Positions 13,228-25,479 of a DNA stretch of 64,000 nucleotides are shown piece by piece. The DNA is taken from positions 992,001-1,056,000 of the forward strand of contig JBLDXI010000074.1 in assembly GCA_047495785.1 (NCBI GenBank). The letters run 5' to 3'. The position numbers were made by a program, and so were the translations under genes. A model generated the notes under the pieces. It was not told the origin of the DNA, ran no database searches, and saw nothing but the letters and a program-made list of their open reading frames with translations. The first letter of the stretch is position 1. The number at the start of each line of letters is the position of its first letter. Source of the DNA: Lepidodermella squamata. Lineage: Eukaryota > Animalia > Gastrotricha.

Positions 13228-14466
13228 ATGAAATTTGGCTTCTTTTTGTTATTGCTTCTTGCTGCATCGGCGGCTGAAAATGTGGGCCAAGATTTGACTG
13301 CGTTAGAAGAGCATCAAGCCAACGAAGATGTCACGGTAACGGAGCAACCTGCCGGCGAGGAAGATGCCCAAGCTGACGAAGAACTGGCCGATGCCACCAT
13401 GTCAGAAAATTCTCTAGCCGCGGAAGAAGACGCTGAAGAAGGCGACGAGTCTGATGTCGATGAGGGCTATTCAGACGGAGAAGATTCGACCGACGAAGAA
13501 GCAGATTACGACTCGTACTTCGACGAAGTATTTGAAGACAGTGAAGATGGCTTCATTCCAGACTACGATTCAACCGAGGCTGAAAGGTCAGACACGGATT
13601 TGAAGCGAGAAATTGAAAATCAGCTGAATCAAGACCTCGGCGAGAATCGCCACGCCGTAACAAGGATTATTCAACGACGGCTCGCTGAGCGACGCGGTAA
13701 CCTGAAAAATCCTGCGTCTGACGATGTGCGGATTACATGGGAGCGCGAGAACGCGTTCAACGGTGAGATGTTCATGGTTCGCAACTCTGAAAGAGCTGGC
13801 CTGAGGCACATTTACGAAGGCAAACGATCTAATTGGGCGCAGAAAGGCGTCAATACTCCTGAGGAAATGCTGGCGGTGATGCAGAAAATCTGTACAAGTG
13901 CCAACAAGCTTATCGATCTATTCGGAAACGATAACAACGCCTTCGTTACATGGTAAGGTTTTCTCAATTATCTCTGAATCTTCGTGTATATTTTTATTCT
14001 TTATAGGTACTTCGTACCCACTGGTAGCGAGTATGTGATCAACGACAAGGGGAAGAATAAGTACGCGTTCAAGGTTGTCAGTTCGATCAACAGCGATTTG
14101 GAGGCGAAGGAAGGTATCGTTGCGCGATCGGTCATTACAGCGTTCTGGCAAGAACACAGACGGTTCAAGCGTGACGTAGCCGAAAATCCACCGTGCGACG
14201 ACGGAGGGGCGAGAAAAGCTGTATGCAAGTTACCAACCCGGCCTAAAACAACTCGAAGACCTGGCAAAACTACACGCAGTCCGGGGAAAACGACGCGAAG
14301 ATCTGGCAAAACGACTCGTAGGCCGAATCCTGGCGGGAAAACGACGCGGAAGCCGGTACCGGGCAAGAAAACAAATCGTTCCAGCCGAGCCACTACTCGA
14401 AAGCCGAAGAAGGGAATATTGAATATTCAGCAGTATTCAATCTGCAACGAAGAATATAATTTTTGA
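13228..14466 (+). CDS. Secreted protein: signal, acidic propeptide, putative toxin-like nuclease domain, RRFKR site, cationic KTTR-repeat tail (exons 13228-13952, 14007-14466)
   Basis: Signal MKFGFFLLLLLAASAA; a 54-nt GT-AG intron joins TW|YFVP in frame; motifs AGLRHIY...WAQKGV and VITAF. Confidence 0.85.
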
Positions 14467-15261
14467 TCTGCTATTTGTCCTTGGTCCATCGAAACGTTTT
14501 TACACTCTTGTGCACATTAATTCGGCAGCTTTTCGTTTCCGATATTACTGCTATTGAAAAATGCGGATGAAAAATGGCGTCATTTTACACGCCTGACCTC
14601 GCCGCCGGCAGTTTTGCATTGAATAATATCGGCCAATTTTCGACGCAGCCCCAGACCGGCAATGTTAGCGATATTAAATGCATGCGAGAAAAATATTTCA
14701 GTGTAATGAAATAATAAATAAATAACACAACAAAATGCACAGCGCCACGTTTTAGTCCTATTAACTTTCATGTTTTCGAGTTCGATTTTTCATCATATAT
14801 CGCTATCGCCACCATCGAAATTAGGATCGGCGCGAAAAAAATACCGGCCATGTCTGCCATCGCATTGACCTATCCCGGGGCGTTTTGTTTACTTGATATT
14901 ATAATTGTTATTAGGATGACTGAGTGTGAATATTTGCGAACATTATTTTTCCCACCAGAGCTTGCATCAAATACTCCGCCACATACAAGAAGTTTTTTCC
15001 TTAGCAGACCTTATTGTACCACTCATTTTCCATGACTTGGTGCGAATTATCCTATATGCAGCAGTAACAATATTTGAGGCGTTGCTTTTTCGGTTAACGC
15101 TCTTCTTTTCTCGAGTTTAAATCTCGAATCTCTGTGGACGAATAAGTATTAGAATAATATTAGCATAGCAAGTGATCAGCATAAGATACTAAATTCTTTA
15201 AAAAAACACCGAACATTTACATTTTACATTATACAATTTTTGCTCTTTTTTTAGCTCAACG

Positions 15262-15657
15262 ATGAAATTTCAGCCATCCTTATGTACTTTATTCCCGCTT
15301 GTGAGTCTTATTGTGACCATCTACGCTGACGTAGTAACTAAAAATGCGCCGAAAGCCCAGAGCAAAGATAACCTGGTTCTACCTACCCCGTCAATTAGAA
15401 GTCGCGTGACTACAATGAGCCACCGAGAAATCGACCGTCGCCTGCCGTTATTACCAGAACAACAACAAGATGCGTATTTACCACGCGGAAAAAAATCAGC
15501 CTCTCTCCGAAAACCTAAAATGCCTATTTCGACGTCGTCAAACGGCGTGCTACCTCAAACTTTATTGTCATCGTCAAGAGATACGAAGGAAAAGCTATTG
15601 CCTGAGCCGCTTCCACTGGTTGCGCCGCCGATTTTGGAGAAGCAGGAGCAAAGATAG
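15262..15657 (+). CDS. Hypothetical secreted low-complexity protein
   Basis: ATG ORF with hydrophobic N-terminus (LFPLVSLIVTIYA); no recognisable domain. Confidence 0.4.
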   Translation: MKFQPSLCTLFPLVSLIVTIYADVVTKNAPKAQSKDNLVLPTPSIRSRVTTMSHREIDRRLPLLPEQQQDAYLPRGKKSASLRKPKMPISTSSNGVLPQTLLSSSRDTKEKLLPEPLPLVAPPILEKQEQR

Positions 15658-16014
15658 GCCTGTGCATCGAAAAGCGTCTTTAGTTACGGCATTGCTAAGA
15701 ACGCTCAAATTAAACCACTCGACTTCATCAACGTGTGGGAATTCCAATGAGCTTGAGTTATTGAGTTAAAAAGCATGGATTGAATAATATAGCAAAGAAT
15801 AAAACATGGAATGAATTCAGTTGAGAGTTGAGGTTGAGACTTTCTTTTCTCACATCGATAGGTAATCATAGATTGAAATCGGTTCCTTTTCGGAGCCTGA
15901 ATAATAGCAAGAAGCAGCTCATTGGTATCAACTGTGTTTATTTTTCAAATAAAATTGGAATTGGAAATGATTTGTACTGCAAAATGAAAAAGGCAGCAAA
16001 GTCGTGACGCCATT

Positions 16015-16590
16015 TTAGTCAGATAATTCACTTTCCACATCAGCTTCAGCGAGAGCAGCAGCGGTTTCGGGGCTGAACTTGACTAGAATTCCCTCATCTG
16101 TTTTCTTGATTTCGAACTCTGGCTTGCGACAAATGTTTCCACCGCCTACTTTCCTCGGGCAGCACACGAGCCTATTTGCCGAACAGTCACTGTGCTTCTC
16201 ACAGCCCCTAGAAAATGGCTTCTTCGTCGTAATCTGACCCGGAGTTGTGAAGATGGACGTACCGTCTTCGTCTGACAACTCTTCACCTTCGAATTCTTCG
16301 CCTTCAATATCAGCGTTGATGTCCTCATCAGCATTTGGAGTTGGCTGTGTGGTACTGGTTCTAGACGTCGGTCGAGAAGATTGACTTGACAAACCGCAAA
16401 CCTTTCCGCCAAATTGGATCTCACTGCTTTGCTTAGCCTGAGCCAATATCGCCGGTTTGATCATTCTGTTCCACAGCAACCTTTCAAAGACCAGATTGCC
16501 GTTGGCGTCCAGCTCAGCCTTGCCACCAGAGAGCCAAGCCGCCTCGCCTAAAGCGAGACCGATCAGTGAGAAGAAGAAGTAAACCTGCAT
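16015..16590 (-). CDS. Cys-rich secreted family member 1
   Basis: Signal MQVYFFFSLIGLALG; QFGGKVC; CEKHSDCSANRLVCC...CRKP. Confidence 0.85.
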   Translation of the reverse strand: MQVYFFFSLIGLALGEAAWLSGGKAELDANGNLVFERLLWNRMIKPAILAQAKQSSEIQFGGKVCGLSSQSSRPTSRTSTTQPTPNADEDINADIEGEEFEGEELSDEDGTSIFTTPGQITTKKPFSRGCEKHSDCSANRLVCCPRKVGGGNICRKPEFEIKKTDEGILVKFSPETAAALAEADVESELSD

Positions 16591-16877
16591 GGCGTTAAAA
16601 TTTATCAAGGAAGGAAAGAATATTAACAAAGGAAATCGCTCCAAGGTGAGTTGTAAGGTTAAAGCATGAAAGAAAGGATGTTAGCACTGTCAGCAGAAGA
16701 GTTGTATCAGTTGTGGGTGGAAAGCTGTTACCTGTTACCTTTGTTTGCTGAGGCCAGATTTTCATCTAGCTCGCGTGGTTAGTTTTCTAAAATGATGCGA
16801 ATTTTACCATTCTGGGCATCGACGTCTCAGTTTCATCTTCTGTATTCATTTATTCAATTCATCGACTAAATTTTAAG

Positions 16878-17357
16878 ATGAAGTTGATAGCACTTTTGCT
16901 AGTTATATGCTCAGTTGCTGGTAAAACCTCGGGCTGTTGGAACCTGTTTAAAGAAGGCGGCGAGGAGGGCGAGCACCAAGAAATTATGTCGATCGCAGCC
17001 GAAGAACTTATGGTCGATCTCGAGCGCTTGATGGCTGAGAAGTCAGTTGATAACAAGGAAAATTTCAACATGGTGAGCGGGCCGTTGTGTGAGAAAGGCA
17101 GCAAGTATGTGACTCCGCCGGAGCTGGATATCGAAGCTGATCTTGACGAGGATTCAGCTTCAGCAATTGATGAAGTTGAGGCCGCAACTCAAGGTCCACT
17201 AACTGACGTTACGATTTGCAAGAGTCATCTAGACTGTGCGCAGGAGGGCGGTGTATGCTGCAAGGCATTGAAGGGAAGTCACTTCGAATGCCGCCGGCCT
17301 CGGCTCGAGTTCAAAGCCGCCGATGAAGGTCTGCACATTAGATTGGCTCGGCAGTGA
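16878..17357 (+). CDS. Cys-rich secreted family member 2
   Basis: Signal peptide; NMVSGPLC; CKSHLDCAQEGGVCC...CRRP. Confidence 0.87.
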   Translation: MKLIALLLVICSVAGKTSGCWNLFKEGGEEGEHQEIMSIAAEELMVDLERLMAEKSVDNKENFNMVSGPLCEKGSKYVTPPELDIEADLDEDSASAIDEVEAATQGPLTDVTICKSHLDCAQEGGVCCKALKGSHFECRRPRLEFKAADEGLHIRLARQ

Positions 17358-18612
17358 AAACCGGATCCTACAAAAATTGTCTCTGAACAAGTTGAGAATC
17401 GCGATAAAGGACCGACTTTTTGTCGAATAAAAAATAAATGAGAAATGCGTCCAACCGCTTTTATGACATGTTCAACTCAAAAATACAGGTCATCATAAAC
17501 ATAACGGACATAACTGGTAGTTAACAAATGCCAATTTGCACTTTGCTACCTTTTCAATACAACTTGTTCGAGTAATTTTTCCTGGGGAATAAATGGAAGA
17601 CGAAATCGGAGCATACAAGCGGCTTCTCAACTTCGGGAGCTAAAATCAATTTATTTTGACACCCAATTCATAGAACATAATTCATAATTTATTCTATGCA
17701 TGGGCGTGTGGATGCTCATAAAATAATGCAATTTAAATATTAATTTGTCCCTGAGAGTAAAAGCTACAACTTGGTAGAAACATACTTGCGAAAAAATTAT
17801 TTATAACGATTTTTTTCGGATAAGTGCGTTTACAAATAAGACTTCAACGTACATTTCGAACAAAGCGCAACATCACACGCAATAGCTCGGTAAAGACAAG
17901 CTATAATTAAAATGCTAACAAGATAAGCACGCACGGCTGACATGTCTTTTTTCGGTGTTGAACATTCAATTATGTTCAACTATGTGATGTTTACAAGAAG
18001 ATAGACGTCATTTTGTTGTCTTTTTTCGGCATTACATTTTTTGAATATTAGCCCATCAGGGGTGCACCAACACCCCTGTTATTTTACTCCAGCTTCTTAA
18101 ATATTATTTCGTTGATAAAGTTGTCTCTCTTCGCCTGCAAGAATCGGCATCTTTCTGGATAAATGTCAGTCGGTTTTGTAATTCTCACCCTGCTTGTGAC
18201 GATCTCCGCCGGATGCCAACCCTCGCCCACATTGACAGAACCGTCAGGCACAATGTCATCAACCTTGTCCACTGGAACCACCTGCGATGATAAAACTTCC
18301 ATGTCGTTGCAATCGTGCATAGTTCAGTACGAAATATTATTTAACTGAATAGATAATTCATTATGTCCAATTCATGACAACTTTATTTTCATTATTATAA
18401 ATGCCCTTAATCGATTACTGAAATAAATGCTTAGCTCTCTCCTGAAATTGCATTGTCATGATGGGTAATGAATAGAACAAAGCTTAAAAATAGTCTTCAA
18501 CCGACTTATCCAACGTATGCTTTTATTTCTTATATCGAAATAGCAAAAAAATTGAGAAGAAAGTGTAACAGGTGGGTTCCTACAACCATCCTCACTTTTC
18601 GTTAATAGCAAA

Positions 18613-19089
18613 TCACTCGGTGGGCAGGGTAACATGCCAGCCGTTCTCCGTTGGTTCGACCTCGATACGCGGTCGGCGGCACACATAGCCACGGCCCATT
18701 TTCGACTTGCAGCACACACGCCATGATTTCTCACAGTCGGCATGGCGACGGCAACGCCTGACAGTGTAACGGCTTTCGGTTGCTCTTCGCTCGCGATCTG
18801 CTTCATCAGCGTCCTCCAGAGGCGTGTACTCGCTACCTTCTTCACACACTGGTCCACCTACCATTTCGCTGTAGTCAAGATCTGCGTCCGAGCCCGAGTC
18901 CTTCACAACTTTTCCTAAGATAACGGAGAGAGCAACTTGGCCGAGGATGCCCCAGAAGCGTTCTGAAGATTCGACTTCTGCTTGCAGATCAGCATCGGCC
19001 GAGCGAGTGTCGTCGATTTCTTCATCAATCACTACCGCCCAGGTGATGGAAATTAGCAACCCCAGAACCGCCAGCGAAGTTAGTCTCAT
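18613..19089 (-). CDS. Cys-rich secreted family member 3 with an FWG-initiated amphipathic segment
   Basis: Signal peptide; ESSER|FWGILGQVALSVILGKVVK; EMVGGPVC; CRRHADCEKSWRVCC...CRRP. Confidence 0.87.
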   Translation of the reverse strand: MRLTSLAVLGLLISITWAVVIDEEIDDTRSADADLQAEVESSERFWGILGQVALSVILGKVVKDSGSDADLDYSEMVGGPVCEEGSEYTPLEDADEADRERRATESRYTVRRCRRHADCEKSWRVCCKSKMGRGYVCRRPRIEVEPTENGWHVTLPTE

Positions 19090-20339
19090 GCTTTATGAAA
19101 ATGATATTCACGTTGTAGCTTGGCTGAACATTTAAATGCACTGCTAGGCTCTTCATGTTGACTTAATCTGGCATTTCAAGCTGACTGTTGCAGCTGATGC
19201 CTTTAAGATATCTATCAACCTATCACTCTGAGTAAACGAGTGTTTGACAAGGTGCCTATGCAAAAGCGACATTCGAATGTTTGCGTTCGGGCATCCGCTA
19301 CCCAGCTGTATAATTTGACAACACAAAAAATTCGATACCTCTTATTCTCAAATTAATTCTTCAATTTTTTGAAAGCATTAAAATGAATTGATGCGCTATT
19401 CGCTGATAGCATTTGCGCCATTATGTCGTATCGTATAAGGCAATTTCTCCCAATGGCCGATTGAGATATCCCAATGAGCAATCCGAATTGTTCCCAACGT
19501 CATTTTCAGTTCTTTTAATCAGTTTTTTTAATTTGGAAACCAAGCAAGATTGCAGAATATCCCTTCGCCTATCTAGCTGTCAGGGAAACATCAAGACTTG
19601 GCCAAGCACTACTCCATACTTCATTGTGAATGAATAGAACATTGATCGTTGGATTTCAAGGCCTTAAATATTAGCGATACAAATCTAAGTCGAAAACGCG
19701 ATCACTTCCTAATTAGCTATCACATGCGAATCACAATATTGAACATTGTTCTTAATCATTGCGTAGATGCCAGCCGCCACCCGGCACATCGTTACACTAG
19801 CAGAGCCCATTTTCCCTAATAACTTGTTCCGTGACTGCGTGTTTTATGAGTTTTTAAAAAGCTCGCGTATTTTCACTGTAACTGTCTTCTGGCCTTCTAG
19901 GTCCATAAACTCTTTATTAATCTATTAGCAGACCAATCGATAGGGCTCTTTAATGTGTGTATAGATTATAGTTCAATAACCTGAAGGCTGATGAAAACAA
20001 CAGGCAAAAAGCAGCTTTCGGATTGCTCATTGAGATATCTCTAAATCGACAATTGGGGGGATTGCCTTATACGATACGACAGATACATTACGGGGAGGAT
20101 AGAGCGGATGCAAAGTCAACCTCTTGACTGCTGAATGTTGAGATAACTCGACGCGTGTAACTAAATCTTCATCAGACGAGGACGGCTTGCTGGGTAAGAA
20201 AGAGAGGCGTAAGAAGTCACCGGCCAGTGTTCCAAGTTTCAAATGTTGAGAATCAAACCGATGTCACACTCTCCCTTCTTTGAAAAAAAAACATTTCTCA
20301 CGCAGCTTCTAAATGCGGTCTTAATCAAGCATGGCCACG

Positions 20340-21411
20340 TCATTTAGCTGGTTGTAAAATAAGGCTGTAAAGCCTGTAAAATGAAATCGTTTCATCGTAG
20401 GATGTAACGCAGACGTGAAACCAAGGTTGGCAGTGTAAAAACAGACGTGTAAAAACATGCGTGTATAAACATGTAAAAACATGTAAAAATAACTCGAGTT
20501 TTTCCACGTGTAAAAACTATGAGAACCCAATATTCAATCGATAGAGAATTGAATGAATTCTATTTTGGTATTAAAACCGCTAAATTAATCGAATCTAACC
20601 CATTGATATAAATGCGCGCGGTTATATTATCAATTGAATTTTCTACACGCATTATAAAATGTGAGAATTGAATTTAAGATTACGGTGAAGTGATAAAATT
20701 TATCCCGCCCGCGCGGCGATGTTATAAAATGGTCATAATCAACACCACGGCATTCATTAATATTTGCCATTCATTATTTAGGCTACTGTGCTAATTTGCT
20801 AGTTGAAATGAAAAAAGGAGGTGTACCTAGATAAAATAACTTGATTTTCAATCGCGCTGCTCATTAGTCTCCAGTCTCTAATTCAAGCACGCGCGCCTAG
20901 ATGCGAGAGGTGGTGGAACTTGCGCTGCGAAGGAGGCGGACCGCACACTGCGAGGCGGTGGAACTGGCGCTGAGAGGTGGCGGACTACCCATGGCGCGCG
21001 TTACGAAGGGCGGCGGGCCACATGCAGAGACAAGTGGGCCGACGTTGCTTGCCTTCTACCGCTGAGTAGTAGTTAATTGAAAAATTCAATGTTCAGATAA
21101 TCACCACCGTGATTAGTTGACTTAAGACACTGAGTAGTTAAATTTATGAGATTTTACACAAAAAATTATTTAATCATCTGCTGTAAATGTGGCCCCTCAA
21201 TGAAATCGATGAATGGTGACGAGTAAATCAAATAAAATGAATAAATCGAGTTTTTACACGTCTGCTGTAAAAAAACCTTGAGCAATTTTCCGTTTTTACT
21301 GTAAAAACTAGTTTTTGTGTAAAAACATGTAAAAAAAACTAGTTTTTCCAGAACTGTACATCCCTGCGTGAAACTCACCACTACAAGAGTCAGAAAGATG
21401 ATCCTGTTCAT
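20340..21411 (-). pseudogene. Disrupted fourth copy (D) of the cationic polyprotein gene
   Basis: Exon 1 MNRIIFLTLVV at 21411-21379; rest of the intron at about 20374-20421; exon 2 stops after 9 codons; the intron is split by a transposon. Confidence 0.75.
20422..21366. mobile_element. Non-autonomous hAT-type DNA element with 8-bp TSD
   Basis: Direct repeat CGTGAAAC at 20414-20421 and 21367-21374 (single copy in paralog A); imperfect termini CAAGGTTGGCAGT / CAGGGATGTACAGT; subterminal gtaaaaac repeats. Confidence 0.8.
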
Positions 21412-22655
21412 GTTAGGACAAAAGTTTGAAACGAAAAGTTATGATGATAGTAACATTTTTCTTCTCAGTGTTGCGTTTTTATAGGCTTCTCAGGTTAAAT
21501 TCCGCCAACCGCCAACCGTTCAAACTCGCGCATTCGCGTGTTTTTGCGTTAATGTGACTAATAAATTGAGACAGAAAAGATGAAAAGGTGAAATAAAATG
21601 CCTGCTTGCAAAAATTGCAAAAATGCCTCATTAGTTCGACATCACCAACCATTCTATATCACCAACTCCTGCGCCAGGTTCGAATGGCAGCCAAACGAAA
21701 TCGCGGACGAATACCACCTCTGGATGGCGGAAAAATTTGAATGGGCAAAGTGTTTTTAGCCGGCTTTTAGAATGGAAGATACTCCTGAGCCCTGCGTCTG
21801 GATATTGGGTGGACGACATCCTGAAGAAGCTTGTCCAGATCCTAACCGATATCGAACTATATGAACGAGTGCAAGGCCACCGAATGGTCCACCTTTCATA
21901 GGGTATCAGTGGACCCTCGAAAGAAAATTGATAAGGAATTTACCTACTTGCGCTTTGGATGCGGGAGAATAACCGGAGCCAGAGCCGCGTATGCAAGGAA
22001 AACCCGGAGCAGCCACTGCAACTATCTTGGGATTGATTTTAGGCAGCGGCCTGTATTGGGAAGAAGCTCGGCAATGTTAGAGCAATGTTAGAGGCGTTTC
22101 TGTGAAGCATTGTCAGCTAAACTCTCGAGACTTGAATGCTCAGCCGAATGGGGAAGGTATACCAATGAACAATGATGAGAAATTGCATTGTTATTGTAAA
22201 AACTTGTTAAATGTTCTACGGTTGCGAATGTTCGCTCTTTGTATGAGATGTTTAAAGCTGAGACTATAAGGACATAGCATTGATCATAGCAATTCTTGCT
22301 GCTCGTTTCATCGTTTCCAAGTGGCAAATTGATAGCAGAAAAAGCGTTGCCGTAATCTCTCAAGAAATGAATACTCAGTCGAATGGGAAAGGCTTACCAT
22401 TAAACAATTATAGGAAGAATTATTTCGTATTACAAGTTTCTTTGAATAATAAACGTTTTATAAACAAGACGAATTATTTTTTTGTAATATCTTTCATGTT
22501 CTGCAGCTAGGTCTGTCTTTTCTTGCTTCGCTTTTTGTATAGAATGTTAAACGCTGCATTTTTGAGACTCAAGGTACTACAACAGAACTTTACTAGTTTG
22601 AGCAATTTACAAAAGCTTAGTTTCCAAAAATGCAGTAACACAATATTCAACAAAG

Positions 22656-25479
22656 CTAAGAATCAGTTGAAATCTCAGTATCCGTGCTTTCAGTGTCCAT
22701 CTGGTTCTCTTCAGCCGCTTCATCTTCGCTGGAACACATCGGAATGTCAGCGCATGTTTCCCACTTGGACGGGTCCGACGCTAGGTAACATCCAGGAGCA
22801 GTGTGGTCTCCAGGCATACGACAGGCCCCACCCGTTCGAATGCCGCCTGGGAAGTTGTCGGAGTGAGGAGCTTCCGGCAATTGATTCCAATCGGCGCATG
22901 ATTCGCCGGAGACAGTTTGCGATTGCGTGCCGTTGTAGTCGTAGCCAGACGGCGTAATTTTACAGTCGGAGTCGAAACCCCCAGCACTCGTACGCCCTCT
23001 CCCTCCTCTTGCGTGGATACCAAGCTTGAAACCTGTTTTGCCGCGATCCGCGAATCCATAAGACTGAAAAATTACTATGGCAAAGTTGTGATTGCTGACA
23101 GCAGCTCGGCCGCTTGACGGGCCGCATTCGCAAAATCTAGACAGAGATATCAATTGCTTTACTTGAGTGCTGTTTCACTTTATTACTTACTTCGGCCCGC
23201 TAATCGTGGCGTCACGTTCAGTTTTGATTTCGACGTAATCATCACACACACCTGCAAAGTTGTGAAAAGGCGATTGATTGATCATTCTATTGGCCTCAAG
23301 ATAGCTTACCGCGAAATCCTCTCGAGCAACCGAGCTTCGGTGTGCCATCAAACCCGAACTGGAGGCCAGAACCGGCTCTCTAATCCAACGAAAAGTTAAC
23401 AACTTTAGTTTTAAGTTTAGGAATAAAGCGAAATAATTATGACCACTACATATCATGAAAGTTGATAAAGATTTCACAAAGTCCTGTCATCAAATCCACT
23501 TGAGCTGGTAACTATTAGCTTACCGTTTTAATCCACCAAACGCATCGGGTGTTTTGCGGATATGCACGTGGGTAGTTGGGCGATGTAATGTACGAAGTCG
23601 CACCAGGTTTGACTTCGACAACGCCGCCACATCTTGCTGAGCCACGCGACGGTTCGATACTTGAGCATGTTTGACCGCCGTAGCCGTCGGGGCATAGACA
23701 GCCTCTGCAGTTGTTCGGGTTCTGATATCCACCATTCGCGCACTTCGGAGCTGCTTGTCCTTTCGAGCCACAACTGCGTCCTTTTTTATATTAGGAGAAA
23801 TGATCGTTGCAATTAAGGCAAAAATATAAGCAAGTTACGACTGTTTTAAATAGAGCGAGAGATTTTACTTACGCATGCAATCGTAGTGCAAGTTGATACG
23901 CTTCGCATCGTTGAAACTGATGACATTATGCTGGCCCATTGTCGCGACATATCGCATGTCGGTGGGCACCATTGTCCGCGATTTGCCATCCCTCGAGAAT
24001 GAAATCGCCGCATACTGCATCACTGATGAATAGTCATACGGCGTGCCGTAGTTCTGATCGTCGGCCTTCTTCACCGGCTTGAAGTTGTGCTCTTGGTTCC
24101 TGAAACACATTTTGATAACAAGCTGAGCTGCAAAAGAACATGTTGGATTCATTTCAGCAACTACTCTGAAGAAAATTCGTAAATATTTTTCGCTATCGAA
24201 TCGTATCTGCTCGTGGTTCTAGGAAACAAATCGAGATTGATCTATAGAAGATAGAAAAATCCAGGACTTTACCAAGCCAAGGGCATGGCCTAATTCGTGG
24301 GCGGCAATTGAAGGCTGTTACATTCAAAACAACACTTTCTTCAAGCCCATTCATGCTCAAAACTCACTAGGTCACAACCCTGTGCCATTGAAATCGGTTG
24401 AAATTCAGCTTTAGAAAGCATGCCAACATAGGAGCTGCAACTGTTTTAAGAAGAAAACAGTGAACGTATGTCTTTGTTACTAGGGAATAAAGAACGAACC
24501 CGGCTTTGCTGTTGAACATCAGGCCATGTGAGTTTGTGGGACGAGTGACTTCTTGGAAGCGCACGCAAGTCAATCGCTCCCACATTTTAGCGCCTTGGCG
24601 GATTATTCCGCGATAATTGTTAGCTATTTATCAAACGAGACGTATTTGTTAGGGTGAATCGAGAAAAATATAACCTTCGAAATTTTAGCAATCTTAACAG
24701 GTCTTTGAATTTTCTCATAAAAAGATTATTGAATTAGTTTAACCCCAATGACCAAATTGGTCTTACAAATCGTGTTATCGAAAGCGTATCGGATTGGGAA
24801 GGACCATTTGCCTGCATAGGCTAGAAGCCCACGAGCTGCCTCGTCGTATTCCAAGCCCATCTCAGCTCGCAGGTCGTTGAGCATTGCTCTTGCTTGTTCG
24901 ACCGTTCGCCTAACTTCACATCGTGGTCGTATAATTTCGCTTTCATCGGACGTCCATCGACTGGTGTCAACGGATGAGTCAATTTGAGAGTCCTCATCAT
25001 TGCTCTTCTCTGCGTCCTGGAATAAATAAATAAAGTTGGAACGGAATTTGAATTATATTCGAATTTCAAGCTAATTCGAAAATTCTTAACATTATTTGAG
25101 ATGTGAATTTGAATTTAAAGGGAGATTAACAAAAATCATGGCTTTGCTTACGATCTGAGAGCGTTTTTCGTTTTGCTGCCTCATCAACGACGCTATCTCT
25201 TCGTAAATCGCTCGAAGTTCCTGCTCTTCCTGCTCTTCGTCCTTTCCGTCATCCTCAGCCTCAGGCAATTTATAATCATCTTCGCTCGGCTCGACTGAGT
25301 CTGCTGGGTCTTCAGAGTCAATCAACAGATCCAGCTCTTCGTTGCCGGTTGTAGTGACCTGAAGAACAAAGCAGTGAGCTCATAACAAAGAAAGCGTTAG
25401 ATAAAAACACCTCGACAGGAGCGGTATCGTAAATCGCGAAAAGCGAGACAAAAATGATTCCTAATAGTAATGGATTCAT
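22656..25479 (-). CDS. Astacin metalloprotease (multi-exon): signal, acidic pro-region, astacin, EGF-like, CUB, kringle
   Basis: HELGHALGL|NHEQIR zinc motif, YDYSSVMQY Met-turn, CENGGYQNPNNC EGF-like segment, kringle CKITPSGYDYNG...CRMPGDHTAPGCY; internal exon borders approximate. Confidence 0.88.

Noticed and set aside
18084-18348. Short overlapping ORFs between Cys-rich genes, one with a signal-like N-terminus
   Set aside because: They lack the family motifs; cannot tell which strand, if either, is real
21631-22060. Possible multi-exon minus-strand gene (PLPKINPKIVAV... / MSSTQYPDAG...FVWLPF)
   Set aside because: Exon-like, but splice phases could not be reconciled and no domain was recognised
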